This document shows, piece after piece, positions 52,725 through 64,000 of a DNA stretch of 64,000 bases. The position numbers were made by a program, and so were the translations under genes. This DNA is from Octopus vulgaris. Lineage: Eukaryota. The stretch is taken from NCBI GenBank assembly GCA_951406725.2, contig OX597833.1, positions 71,610,001 through 71,674,000 on the forward strand. The letters are read 5' to 3'. The notes beneath the pieces were generated by a model. That model had not been told where the DNA came from and made no database searches. It saw only the letters and a list, made by a program, of their open reading frames with translations. Every line of letters begins with the position of its first letter. The first letter of the stretch is position 1.

Positions 52725-53772
52725 ATCTATCTACATAATATAGTAAATACGTCTGCATGGCTGTTTAAATAAGTTTTCAATTTGCAATTACTTTCAAATA
52801 TATTTATAAGAAGTACGATGTTTGTACAATAGTTTTTAGAAAATGAGTAACAATGGCATTTAATCAGTGACTTTTAAGTATTACTCCGGTTACGCAAGTG
52901 TATATTTTATATTCCCCCCGTATTGTTTGGGTTTCATTATCAATCCCTTTGCAAATATCAACCAAAACCCTTCCCAGTTTCTTTCACGGACAGTAAATTT
53001 GGTGAAGGATTAGAGTCAATATCGACCCCAGTCTCTGACTTGGGTTGACTTTTGGAATACCTGACCTACATACGATAGAACATTTCTGTTTTAGTTGGAA
53101 GTTATCCAAATATCTTTTTAATACATATTTCAAAACAATAAGATGGGGAACAACTTAAAAGAAAAAAAAAATCCATCCATGCCCCCCCCCCCCAACCACC
53201 ACCATCACCTTATCGTATCTCTTCAGAACAACAATCACCATTATAGTTTTCTTTTTTTTTTTTTAAATACATTTTAATTTATTTCTAGCCATTTTATTAT
53301 ATTTAATCTACATTCTGAAATTTTGGGAATACGAATTATTTTAGAAAACAAAAAAACAAAAAAAAGCTGGTTCGATCTTTACACTCCCCCTCCCCCGCGC
53401 CATTGTGTCTTTCTTCCTGATTAGAAACGAAGGACGACTCTTTTTTTGTTTTGTTTCTGCCACAAAAAATGACGAAACAAAATAATATTTTGAAAGAAGT
53501 ATCTATAAAATGACAATCTCAGTCATTTTGAATGTAGAAAAGAATATTTTTTAATTGAAGAAAAGCAAAATGAGGCCCCAAAACATCTCTGACTGTGAAA
53601 AACAAACCTGTTTATGTCTTTCTGTTTAGTTTTTTGTGGAAGGTGAGAAAAACGAGTTATGAAATTAAATTTGATGAGAATTATGTCAACTAAATAAGGT
53701 AAGTGTTATTATATTCTTGTTTTAATTCTCTTTATTCAATTTTTATGCCGTATAGAAAAAAAAAAAAGCTAG

Positions 53773-54048
53773 GCCTTCCAACACAAGTGACCTTCACCAG
53801 CGAATGTTCCTTCCTCGTAACTTTCTGAAAAATGGATGATTTTTTAATGAAATTTTACAATTACTTTCCAGATAGAGAAGATTACGAATATAGAAGTAAT
53901 TTAATGTAAAAAGAAACACACGAATATCTACAAAATGAAACAAAATGAAAGTGTATGTCTGTCTGCAACCACCAAGGTCTTTCTGTATTCTTTCTGACAG
54001 TTATGAGGAAATAATTTCGGTGTGGATGGTCACTTGGGCTGGAATGGC
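53773..54048. mobile_element. MITE with long imperfect (about 55-bp) inverted ends
   Basis: GCCTTCCAACACAAGTGACC..TTCCTCGTAACT versus AGTTATGAGGAA..GGTCACTTGGGCTGGAATGGC. Confidence 0.65.
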
Positions 54049-54248
54049 AAAAGTATGAAAAAAGAAAACAAAATTGAAGAAAAAAAAAATTTTAATTGCG
54101 AAATGTATGATCAGAGTAGGAATTTAAAAAATTTCACTTTAATTCGAATTCCAAATATTTCAGAATATGGAATGCAACAATAAAATGATGAAAGATATCG
54201 TTAAAAGGAGAAAAATGCGATGCTTCAAGCAAAAATCTGTGCAAAATA

Positions 54249-54410
54249 GGCGCAGGAGTGGCTGTGTGGTAAGTAGCTTGTTTATCAACCACATGGTTCT
54301 GGGTTCAGTCCCACTGCGTGGCATCTTGGGCAAGTGTCTTCTGCTATAGCCTCGGGCCGACCAAAGCCTTGTGAGTGGATTTGGTAGACGGAAACTGAAA
54401 GAAGCCCGTC

Positions 54411-54482
<72 letters not shown>

Positions 54483-54681
54483 TTGTGTATCTGTGTTTGT
54501 CCCCCTAGCATTGCTTGACAACCGATGCTGGTGTGTTTACGTCCCCGTTACTTAGCGGTTCGGCAAAAGAGACTGATAGAATAAGTACTGGGCTTACAAA
54601 GAATAAGTCTCGGGGTCGAGTTGCACGATTAAAGGCGGTGCTCCAGCATGGCCGCAGTCAAATGACTGAAACAAAAGAGTA
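54249..54681 (+). mobile_element. SINE family 1
   Basis: Full-length, high-identity copy. Confidence 0.9.
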
Positions 54682-55009
54682 ATCCTTCGGTAATGGTCGA
54701 CGACGTCCATTCGTCCTCAACTTTTCTGAAAGGACAGAAGTAAGGATGGAAAAGACGGTGAATAATGGTCTCCTCATGCAGACGATACTCTGTAGACCAA
54801 TACCGAAGGATCGCCAAATAATTTTATTTTTGTTTTAATTTTAAAATGTGTAATATATATAAAAAAATTTAATCTGGAAAAATCCTGGCCAAAATGGAGA
54901 AATTTCAATTTATAGGGGCAGCTGTTCCGAAAGTCGTCCCCAATGGATAACTGAAGACTAACAAGATTTGTGAGAGAAAGGAAGGGCTTCCATCAAGGAA
55001 TCGTTATTT

Positions 55010-55220
55010 ACACGTTTAGGCCCCCGGTCAAGAATCTGCAAGGGTGACGAAGAGAGGAAACCCTAAAGAAGAACTGGAGGTAGGATAATAGAGAAGTAGA
55101 GCGAAAAACAGGGATCCAACTGGAGGGAAGCAAAAAAGACGACCCAGAATTGAGAGCAGTTGGAAAAAGTCGATGGCCCTCTCTGTGCCCCCTATAAGGG
55201 AGCACGAAGGGCTCAAGTAA
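55010..55220 (+). mobile_element. RTE-clade LINE 3' end remnant
   Basis: Frameshifted translation NLQG*RR.GNPKKNWR..W.EAKKTTQN..VDG.LCP resembles the RTE C-terminal WNPQGKRxRGRPKxTWRR..AQNR..LC pattern. Confidence 0.55.
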
Positions 55221-56298
55221 ATATAGCTGAAAGGCATAGTTTGACTTGGGCAGGATTTGAACTTTTGGACAGGAGATTGGTGAACGTAAATAAAATAGCA
55301 CAGTGTGTGTGTTTTTTTGTCTGACACTCCACCCGATTTAAATGGTTCCAGAACATTCGGGTGGAAAACAGTTGTTATGTAAGATCAAAGTTAAACGTTT
55401 ACGTAACCAGTATTGTTCACAAGCTGTTATGTAACTGATGTCGCTGGCTTTCAACAATAAACCACTCAAATGGCAGCAGCAGCTCCTATTGTTCTACACA
55501 GCCAGGACTTATTTATAAGCTGTAGTTATATATATATATATATATATATACACTCAGGGTTACGTATGTTAGAGTTATCTGACAATAGAAACTATATTAT
55601 CAAATAGTTCACACACACGTCATGTCTTCATTGAAGTTGATTACCTTCATATGTAGTACTCAATACAAAAAAGCAAGTGTACACTAGTTTCATATCTTTT
55701 TTTTTATCCAAATGGTTTGCACTACAATCATTTATTACGTAACATGCTTCACAATTTTGGTATACATACCTTAGTATTTCCTCCTATGTTCTATAATACT
55801 CTGGGAACTTTTTGGGGACTACTTTATTTGAATTATTACTATCGGGTAACTAATTTCATGTTATTACATAACTGACTTCACAATTTCGGTATTCATAACT
55901 TATTATTGGGAATTCCTAGAAACTAGATCCTTTGTAAGACAGTTTGGTTTTCTCTGTAAATGCACAACTGTTTTAAGGGCTACATATTTTGTATTGTTGT
56001 TACTGGATTAGCAAAACAATTATGAGAACGGAACCAAGTGATAAGCCCCGCTTTCCTGGGAATTACTGGGTACATCAGCTAGTATATATATATACATATA
56101 TACATATGTAACCACATGTGAATCGTTGTCGATTTTCTTTCTCTGTCTTCCTTTCTATTGGACTTTCCTCTGTTTCCGAAGATTCCGAAGAACAGCGTTT
56201 GCTTGAAATATTAAACTATCTTTCTTTCCTTCCCTAAACGTCTGCTAATACTTTACATGTACCACATCCTCATGCTGTTTGTTCTTTTTTGGATTTAC

Positions 56299-56334
<36 letters not shown>

Positions 56335-56337
<3 letters not shown>

Positions 56338-56725
56338 CTCTTTTTACTCTTTTATTTGTTTCAGTCATTTGACTGCAGCCATGCTGGAGCACCGCCTTTA
56401 GTTGAGCAAATCGACCCCGGTACTTATTCTTTGTAAGCCCAGTACTTATTCTATCGGTCTCTTTTGCCGAACTGCTAAGTGACGGGGACGTAAACACACC
56501 AGCATCGGTTATCAAGCAATGCTAGGGGGACACACAAACACACACACACACATATATATATACATATATACGACAGGCTTCTTTCAGTTTCCGTCTACCA
56601 GATCCACTCACAAGGCATTGGTCGGCCCGGGGCTATAGCAGAAGACACTTGCCCAAGATGCCATGCAGTGGGACTGAACCTGGAACCATGTGGTTGGTAA
56701 GCAAGCTACTTACCACACAGCCACT
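56335..56725 (-). mobile_element. SINE family 1
   Basis: Near full-length copy. Confidence 0.9.
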
Positions 56726-56914
56726 ATGGGCATGTGTGTATTCTTGAAGAAATTGTGAAGACAACAGGATCACATGGAATTCAACATTCCTGCTCATTAT
56801 CATGACCCTGTTAATGATAAGGTACCACAAAGCAACAAAATGTTCAGATTAATGGATCCACAATATGCACCCAATATGTATAGAAATGTGTGTGTGTGTT
56901 TATGTTGTACCCTG

Positions 56915-57990
56915 ACACCTCTTGAGTGAGGTGATGCCAGTGCTGACACCCGCATGTCATTCTTTGCTGTCAAAAACCTGTGGAATAAAGAAATCCCTTG
57001 CACCTTGCCTTATTGATTCCCTGATTCCATACAACAAACGCATGATGAACAACGACCTTTCTATTCATTCACCTTCACACTTGAGCGACTTTGGTATGCT
57101 TTATTCTTCTTTGATGATGATCCAGTTTACTACAATGGCTGCCTCACCATTCCAACATTATTGCCACACTTCCATGCAGCCATGTTTAATTACCTTTACT
57201 CTCTTTACTCTTTTACTTGTTTCGGTCATCTGACCGCGGCCATGCTGGAGCACCACCTTTTAATCGAGCAACTTGACCCCAGGACTTATTCTTTTTGTAA
57301 GCCCAGTACTTATTCTATCGGTCTCTTTTGCCAAACCGCTAAGTAACGGGGACGTAAACACACCAGCATCGGTTGTCAAGCAATGCTATGGGGACAAACA
57401 CAGACACACAAACACACACACGCATATATATATACATATATACGACGGGCTTCTTTCAGTTTCCATCTACCAAATCCACTCACAAGGCTTTGGTCGGCCC
57501 GGGGCTATAGCAGAAGACACTTGCCAAGATGCCACACAGTGGGACTGAACCCGGAACCATGTGGTTGGTAAACAAGCTACCTACCACACAGCCACTCCTG
57601 CGCTATTTAGGAAACTCAACAGAAAATTCTCATCAGCACTCGAATGTGGCCCAGTTCTCCTTTTAGTTCATCTGTCATCAGATACAGCACAAACTTAGCA
57701 GTGACACGATGCATCTTCAATATTTCTTTTAAACTTATGTGCCATGGACTTGTACGAATGCCTGCTTCTTGGGAAACTCCATGGATAATAAGTCATGGTT
57801 TCCATGGTTCCCCACAAACACTTTCACAATGTCATCCTCGTCTGTTAATGTAGAAAGCCATCCACACATACGATCAGCTTTGGTAGATGTCCTTCCTGCC
57901 CTAAAATTCTGGCAACACTCATGACATTGCACATGGTCCCGAAACTCCTCACCATGGGCTGTAAGTACATCAATCTTTGACAAAGTTAAA
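56915..57990 (-). mobile_element. Decayed mariner transposase, interrupted by a SINE
   Basis: Minus-strand fragments: FRAGRTSTKADRMCGWLSTLTDEDDIVKV (HTH, GRP region), LKMHRVTAKFVLYLMTDELK (WVP linker region), FLN..GN*TWLHG (TGDETW), KKNKAYQSRSSVKV and VVHHAFV..QGINK. Confidence 0.8.
57195..57602 (-). mobile_element. SINE family 1, inserted in the mariner remnant
   Basis: Full-length copy. Confidence 0.9.
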
Positions 57991-59264
57991 TATAAAAGTG
58001 ATTATGGGAGTTGAAAGAAACTCAATGCCACCAACCTAGCTGTTAATTTGTGTCTAATGAGCATATAGGTAATTAGTTAAACTAGAGTGATACATAACTA
58101 TTTCTGTAAGGACATTGATAAATTCCCTCTAAGGTGGGCGTAGGCATGTTCCTGAAAACAGCAGTACGAAGATCTGTAAACATTGTTACGGCTTTATAAC
58201 ACAGAATATTTGTTAATGTTGGACATGCTGTGATACCCTTGGACATTTTCTTTACTCATGAACTCCTTTGTTAACCTTGGACTCTTCTCTGCATATTCAT
58301 GCTCCAAGATGTGCCTAGGTTCCTGGTTCAGGAAAAAAATCTCTTCATGTATTACTCAGATCACGAATAATAATAATGATAATAGTAATCTTTTCTACTA
58401 TAGGCAGAAGGCCTGAAATTTTGAGAGAGGAGGTAAATTGATTCCGTTGACGTCGAAAGGATGAAAGGCAAAGTCAACCTTGACGGAATTTGACCTCAGA
58501 ATGTAAAGATGGACAAAATGCTGCTAAGCATTTGGCCTGATGTGCTAACGGTTCTACTACCTCACCACGTTGATAATAATACTAATAATAATTGTTCCAA
58601 AGGCCAGCAAGTTTAGAGGGAGTGGTAAGTCGATTGCATCAACCCCCAGTGCATAACTCGTACTTATTTTATTGACCCTGAAAGAATGAAAGGCAAAGTC
58701 AACCTCAGGAGGAAATGAGTGAGTTCAGAATATAAAAATTTGAATGAATGAGTAAAAGTAATAAAACAATTTTCTTTTATTTGCCACAAGGGTATCAAAG
58801 TGAAAAACACAAATACAATATCATCGTCTGTGCATCAGAATATTTATTGCCAAACCAAAGTAGAAATACAAATATAGGTTTGTAGTTATACAAAAAGCTT
58901 GTGTGTGTGTGTGTGTGCGTGTATGGTGCAAAAAATACAATAGAGTTAAAAAAAAAAAGGGGACAAAAAAGAGGTTGACAATAAAGAACTGGCAAAAAAA
59001 GAAGAGCATGTCTTTTATGTTTCGAGTATTCACTCTTCTTCTGAAAAGAAGGAAGGATAGACAAGAGGAGAAAGAAATGGAAAAGGAAAATGGAGAAGGT
59101 AAACTGGATGTGTGTGTGTATGTGTATATATATATATATATATACATATATATATACACATGCATACATATATATACACATTCATACATATATATATATA
59201 TATATGATTGATTGATTGATTGATTCTAGTTTCAGCTCATGAGCTGTGGCCATGCTGGGGCACC

Positions 59265-59324
<60 letters not shown>

Positions 59325-59949
59325 CACATATATGTATATATATATATATACACACATACACACACACATCATCATCACCCTTTAAACGGCTGTTTTTGGA
59401 TGGTATGTATGTATACATATGTGTGTGTGTATGTGCTCACACACACCTCACAGCATGGGAGACATAATTAACTACCTTTATGAGAAAGAAAAAAAAATCA
59501 ATTTAAATTTAGTTTTTACAACACTTTTGCAACTGTGCTGCAAATATTTCATATCATTTACATGGCAACTCTATCCGTATTCCATGTTAGAAGATTGAGC
59601 AAAATGCCTTGTGGTGTCTTTCCCTCCCTTTATACCTGACAGCAATGCTTGAGATGACAGAGATGTCTAGCTGTATATACCTAAGTTGATGGTTGTTTCT
59701 TTGGAATAAAAGATCAGAGACGTTTTATTGTATTAGCACAAAGTCTCTATCAGATGCTGCCGTAGAAAGTAAATTTTTCTTTCTTTTGAGAATAATAACG
59801 TATTCTATATTATTTTCAAGAAAAAAACCCCCCAAGAATAAAGATAATCAAATATGCAGTCTGTTCTGTTGTCGTGTGTGTGTGTGTGTGATCAATTAAT
59901 ATCCATTTTCTATGCTGGCATGGGTTGGAAAGTTTGACAGGGGCCAATG

Positions 59950-60095
59950 TGTGTGTGTATGTGTATACATACACACATGTAGATATGTGTGTACATGTGA
60001 GTGTGTGTATATATACACATGTAGATATGTGTGTACATGTGATTGTGTGTGTGTGTGTGTATACATATACACATGTAGATATGTGTGTACATACA
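59950..60095. repeat. Three tandem units of ACACATGTAGATATGTGTGTACAT with microsatellite spacers
   Basis: Direct inspection. Confidence 0.85.
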
Positions 60096-60887
60096 TACGA
60101 ATGCACAAATAGAGTTTATAAATGCAAAGTCAAATACTTTTTCAAGCCTTTATATTCCAGTCTCTCATGTTTGAGATGAGATTGCAATTGTCTTGGTTAT
60201 TCTTCTGACAAAATAGAGAAGTTTTAAGGTTGTGGTATTTGATGCCTGATTGCAGAAGGCATAATGTTACCAAGTAGAAAAAAAAAAGGGAACAGATACA
60301 AAGAATTTAGTAAGACAAAACCCAAGGCACAAAAAGCCAAATAAAGGAAGAAAAAAAAGTGGAGGTTATTTTTATAAGTTGTCCAAAATATGTAAAAGTG
60401 GTGTGATGTACAAGGAGATGTATGTGCTGGAGTGGGTTCTCTGTCAGAGTAAAATGCGAGAGATTTCAGTTATGTCATGGTTAATAATTATAAATAAATA
60501 AATAATTGTATTGATAGCAGCCACAAGAAGAAATAAACTATATGAATTTTATATGTCCATTTAGATTGGTTTAAGGCAACATGGATATTTTGGTGATGAA
60601 ATAAAACTGAATTAATAAAGCAAACGTCTTAATCTTACATTATCGTGTAATGGATATTAAGAAACATCCATATATAAAATAGAGAGAGAGAGGGCGGAGT
60701 CAGGTACACAGAAGAAAATATGATAAATTAATATACACATATACATAAATATAATGTGATATATATATATATATATATATATATAAACAACTTATAAAAA
60801 AGACCAAAGAAAATTTATTTCTATGCCAATATGCTGATAACATTGGGTTTTTCCCTGGGCGCATGTAAGTATTTCATTTATTTCTTA

Positions 60888-60958
60888 TCGTATTTTCTAC
60901 TGAAGAGGAAAAAATCTATGAGATCAGTTCCGAAATTGATTCAATATAGAAATAACGA
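60888..60958 (+). ncRNA. Type I hammerhead ribozyme motif with intact core
   Basis: Stem I TTTCTA (60894-99) / TAGAAA (60947-52); CUGAAGA (60900-06); stem II GGAA (60907-10) / TTCC (60928-31); GAAA (60932-35); palindromic stem III A-TTGA-t-TCAA-T; cleavage triplet AUA ending at 60946. Confidence 0.75.
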
Positions 60959-61202
60959 ACTTTTTAAAAAAAATTCTGTTGACTAGCTTCCTGATTTCAG
61001 TACAACGTATTTCTGTAGCGGGTATATAATAATATGTGGAAATTGACGATTTAAAAGTCTGTTATCAGCATATTGGCATAGAAATAATTTTCTTTTGCCC
61101 TTGTTTAGAAGTTGTTTATAATTTTAACCTTTAAAGGTATTTTAATATGCTGCCACTTTTTGATGAAATTTTTTCTGTAAAAAACTTCATCCTATATTAG
61201 TA

Positions 61203-61243
<41 letters not shown>

Positions 61244-61337
61244 GGAGTAAACACATAAATGCGAAACAAGGTGGAAAAAAGAGTACTCAAATACCAGTGG
61301 TAGAGTAATATGCTTTATTTAAAGCAGCAGAAAATTC

Positions 61338-61391
61338 AACAAAACCTGTTACTCTGAGTTTCCCATTCCCGTTCATCGGACAGTTTTTGTT
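61338..61391 (-). ncRNA. Type I hammerhead ribozyme motif, variant core (CCGAUGA) with weakened stem II
   Basis: Minus strand reads AACAAAAACTGT-CCGATGA-ACGGGAATGG-GAAA-CTCaGAG-TA-ACAGGTTTTGTT. Stem I pairs 11 of 12; GUA cleavage triplet. Confidence 0.6.
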
Positions 61392-61458
61392 AGAACGGAA
61401 ACGGGAAACTCAGAGTAACAGGTTTTGTTGAATTTTCTGCTGCTTTAAATAAAGTAAA

Positions 61459-61846
<388 letters not shown>

Positions 61847-63563
61847 GTAAGTAGATAGTAGGTATATAAACTAGTGCAGGTTCACATACACATGTAGTTA
61901 CAGAACAGTCAACATGAGGATTTATAAAATACATAGAAAATATAAAAATATATTTAAAGTTACAACTTTAAAAGAATATAAAAAGATATGAAAAAAAACA
62001 AGAGAGGATAACAGAACAAAATAGCCAAGATTTCTATAATGAAATAAATGGAGTCAGTCCTGTCTGACACTACCTTCAGGTTTTTGAAAGAATGTTACTA
62101 GCTCTGAGGACTTTCAATTAAGTGTCCTGTAATTTGGGGCCCTTTAATTTAAATATTTATATTCTAACAATTTTACATCAGAAGTTTCTCCCCCATTATG
62201 TTATGTTTCCAAAAACCAACTTGATAAACAAATGTTATGGTATTTGCCAGTGTATAAGAAATGTTTTTTTTATATTTCTAAACTTATTAAAAAAAAACTG
62301 CCCCTGTGAAGTGGTTACATCAACTCATACATCCTTCCCCCTGCATGCATAACCCACACCTGATATATGTCTTGTATTATTTAAGGACTGCGTTACATTG
62401 AAGAATGTTTCTTTTTGTTATCATTTAAGTGGAAATTCCCCAAGAAAGGTGAAAGGAGTGTTTCGTTAACCTTTCATGCGCCCATCAGGATTTTGCAATG
62501 AGTGGATGACACCAGAATCATAGCAGTGGTTCAGCACCCTGGTGGCAGATTGTTGTAACACAAAACATCACAATCAGTTTTTTGAACAAATATACACACG
62601 AACTAAAGCGAGATAAATTTGAAATACAATACTTATATAACAGTTTATTTATAGTTCCAAACTTTATTCCTGTACACTGCCACCGTATTGTATCTACTTG
62701 CACAGAATCATGCATTGCCCCACCCCGCCCACAAAATCTAAAAATGTCTTCAAATAAGCGTGTGATGAAACATGTGTTTTTCTCTGCAAAATATATTTGT
62801 AAAATAGAGATGCATCTTACATGAGAGTGTGTCTTATATACCAGCAAATATCGTAATTTTGTTTAATTAATTCCTTCCAAATACTTTATTGCTTTTAAAT
62901 TTAGCTCAAAAACAAATTGGACAGCATCTTTTTTGTTTTTTAGGAATATGGTCCAAAATGGGTTAAAGAATTTCCCGATTTCTAGTTCCATGTTCCATCT
63001 TTATTGTTTGAGAATCATATTGGAAAGGATTAAAAGGAATTCTCTTCAGCTTTGAGTAATTTAGAAAAGATCAATACATTAAAAATAGATGACTTTGAGA
63101 GAAAAGGAAAAGTTATGAGAAAAACTGACTTTAGAAAAATAAAAGCTGCTAATAATAATTGTAGGAATACAATTATACAAATTTGTAAGGGAAGGGCATG
63201 GTTGGCTAAACTGAAATCAGTACATGACAGACAGGTATTTATTTTATTGACCCTGGCAAGTTGAAAAACAAAATCAACCGTGGTGAGATTTGGACAGCAC
63301 AAGCCCAACGATAACAATGTTAAGAGTTAGAATAATCTCAGATAAAACCAGAACAATTTGCAGAATGGTGGTTCCCTCTTTCACTGGCTTTAAATGGACA
63401 TTATGATGAGAGAGGAAAGCCAGATGATGGATGAGATAGAAATGTCGTGTATAGCACCAAGTCAACCCTGATTAAACAGACCTATAATGAAAACATCAAT
63501 TGCTCAACAATGACTCAATATTTATGTGTGTGTGTGTGTGTGTGTATAACTTTTACCGGGGAA

Positions 63564-63658
63564 AGGTTAACAGTAACTCTGAAGTTTTGGTTTCCTCACC
63601 TTTGTCAGACAGTCTGACAGAGGTGAGGAAACCAAAACTTCAAAGTTACTGTTAACCT
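63564..63658. repeat. 95-bp near-perfect palindrome containing a decayed hammerhead-like motif
   Basis: 47-bp arms around A63611, with 2 mismatches. Confidence 0.9.
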
Positions 63659-63764
63659 CTCCTTTGTAAAAATTTAACAAACATTTACTCAATTATAAAA
63701 TATTAAACAATTCTTCAGTTTACTGTTAAATGGTTTTTATATATCTCTTGACATAAAAACACAC

Positions 63765-63808
<44 letters not shown>

Positions 63809-64000
63809 AATTGAGGTAGGGGTTGTAAATGCAACCCTCCATGGGATAACATATATCCAATATACTGCTAGTAAAGCACCCAACAAAGTTAATACATAAA
63901 TGTTAAGGATTGCAATGCAATCAATTCATTGCTACCCCACTAGCTAAGCAAACAGGGCAACATTCCCCCTGATTGTGAGGCTAGCCCATTGCAGGGTGAC

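Noticed and set aside
63274-63465. Hydrophobic minus-strand ORF as gene B exon 1
   Set aside because: No in-frame ATG, a weak donor (GTTGAT), and its 3' end overlaps a decayed SINE family 2 copy. Exon 1 probably lies beyond the window.

Overview
AT-rich eukaryotic DNA saturated with microsatellites. The SINE and MITE repertoire looks like a coleoid cephalopod, probably Octopus (inferred from repeat recognition, not a search). Almost all ORFs in the supplied track are microsatellite or SINE artefacts. Real coding content is a convergent pair of divergent paralogous multi-pass membrane protein genes with the TPAxxTFxIWxxIY and VWLxRxxVQNG motifs (si:ch211-161h7.5 / TspO-MBR-like family). Gene A (+) has 3 coding exons, 25932-26037, 31730-32102 and 35685-36138 (310 aa). 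Gene B (-) has one large exon, 50102-50892; its first exon was not found, and it lacks gene A's second intron at the exactly homologous codon. The rest is mobile DNA: a Penelope-like RT remnant, Tc1/mariner and RTE remnants, several tRNA-derived SINE families, TTAA MITEs, a non-autonomous Helitron and a Helentron-like element. The most striking signal is a set of short palindromic elements lodged in (TA)n tracts that carry type I hammerhead ribozyme motifs. One (60888-60958) has an intact catalytic core; the others are variant or decayed.
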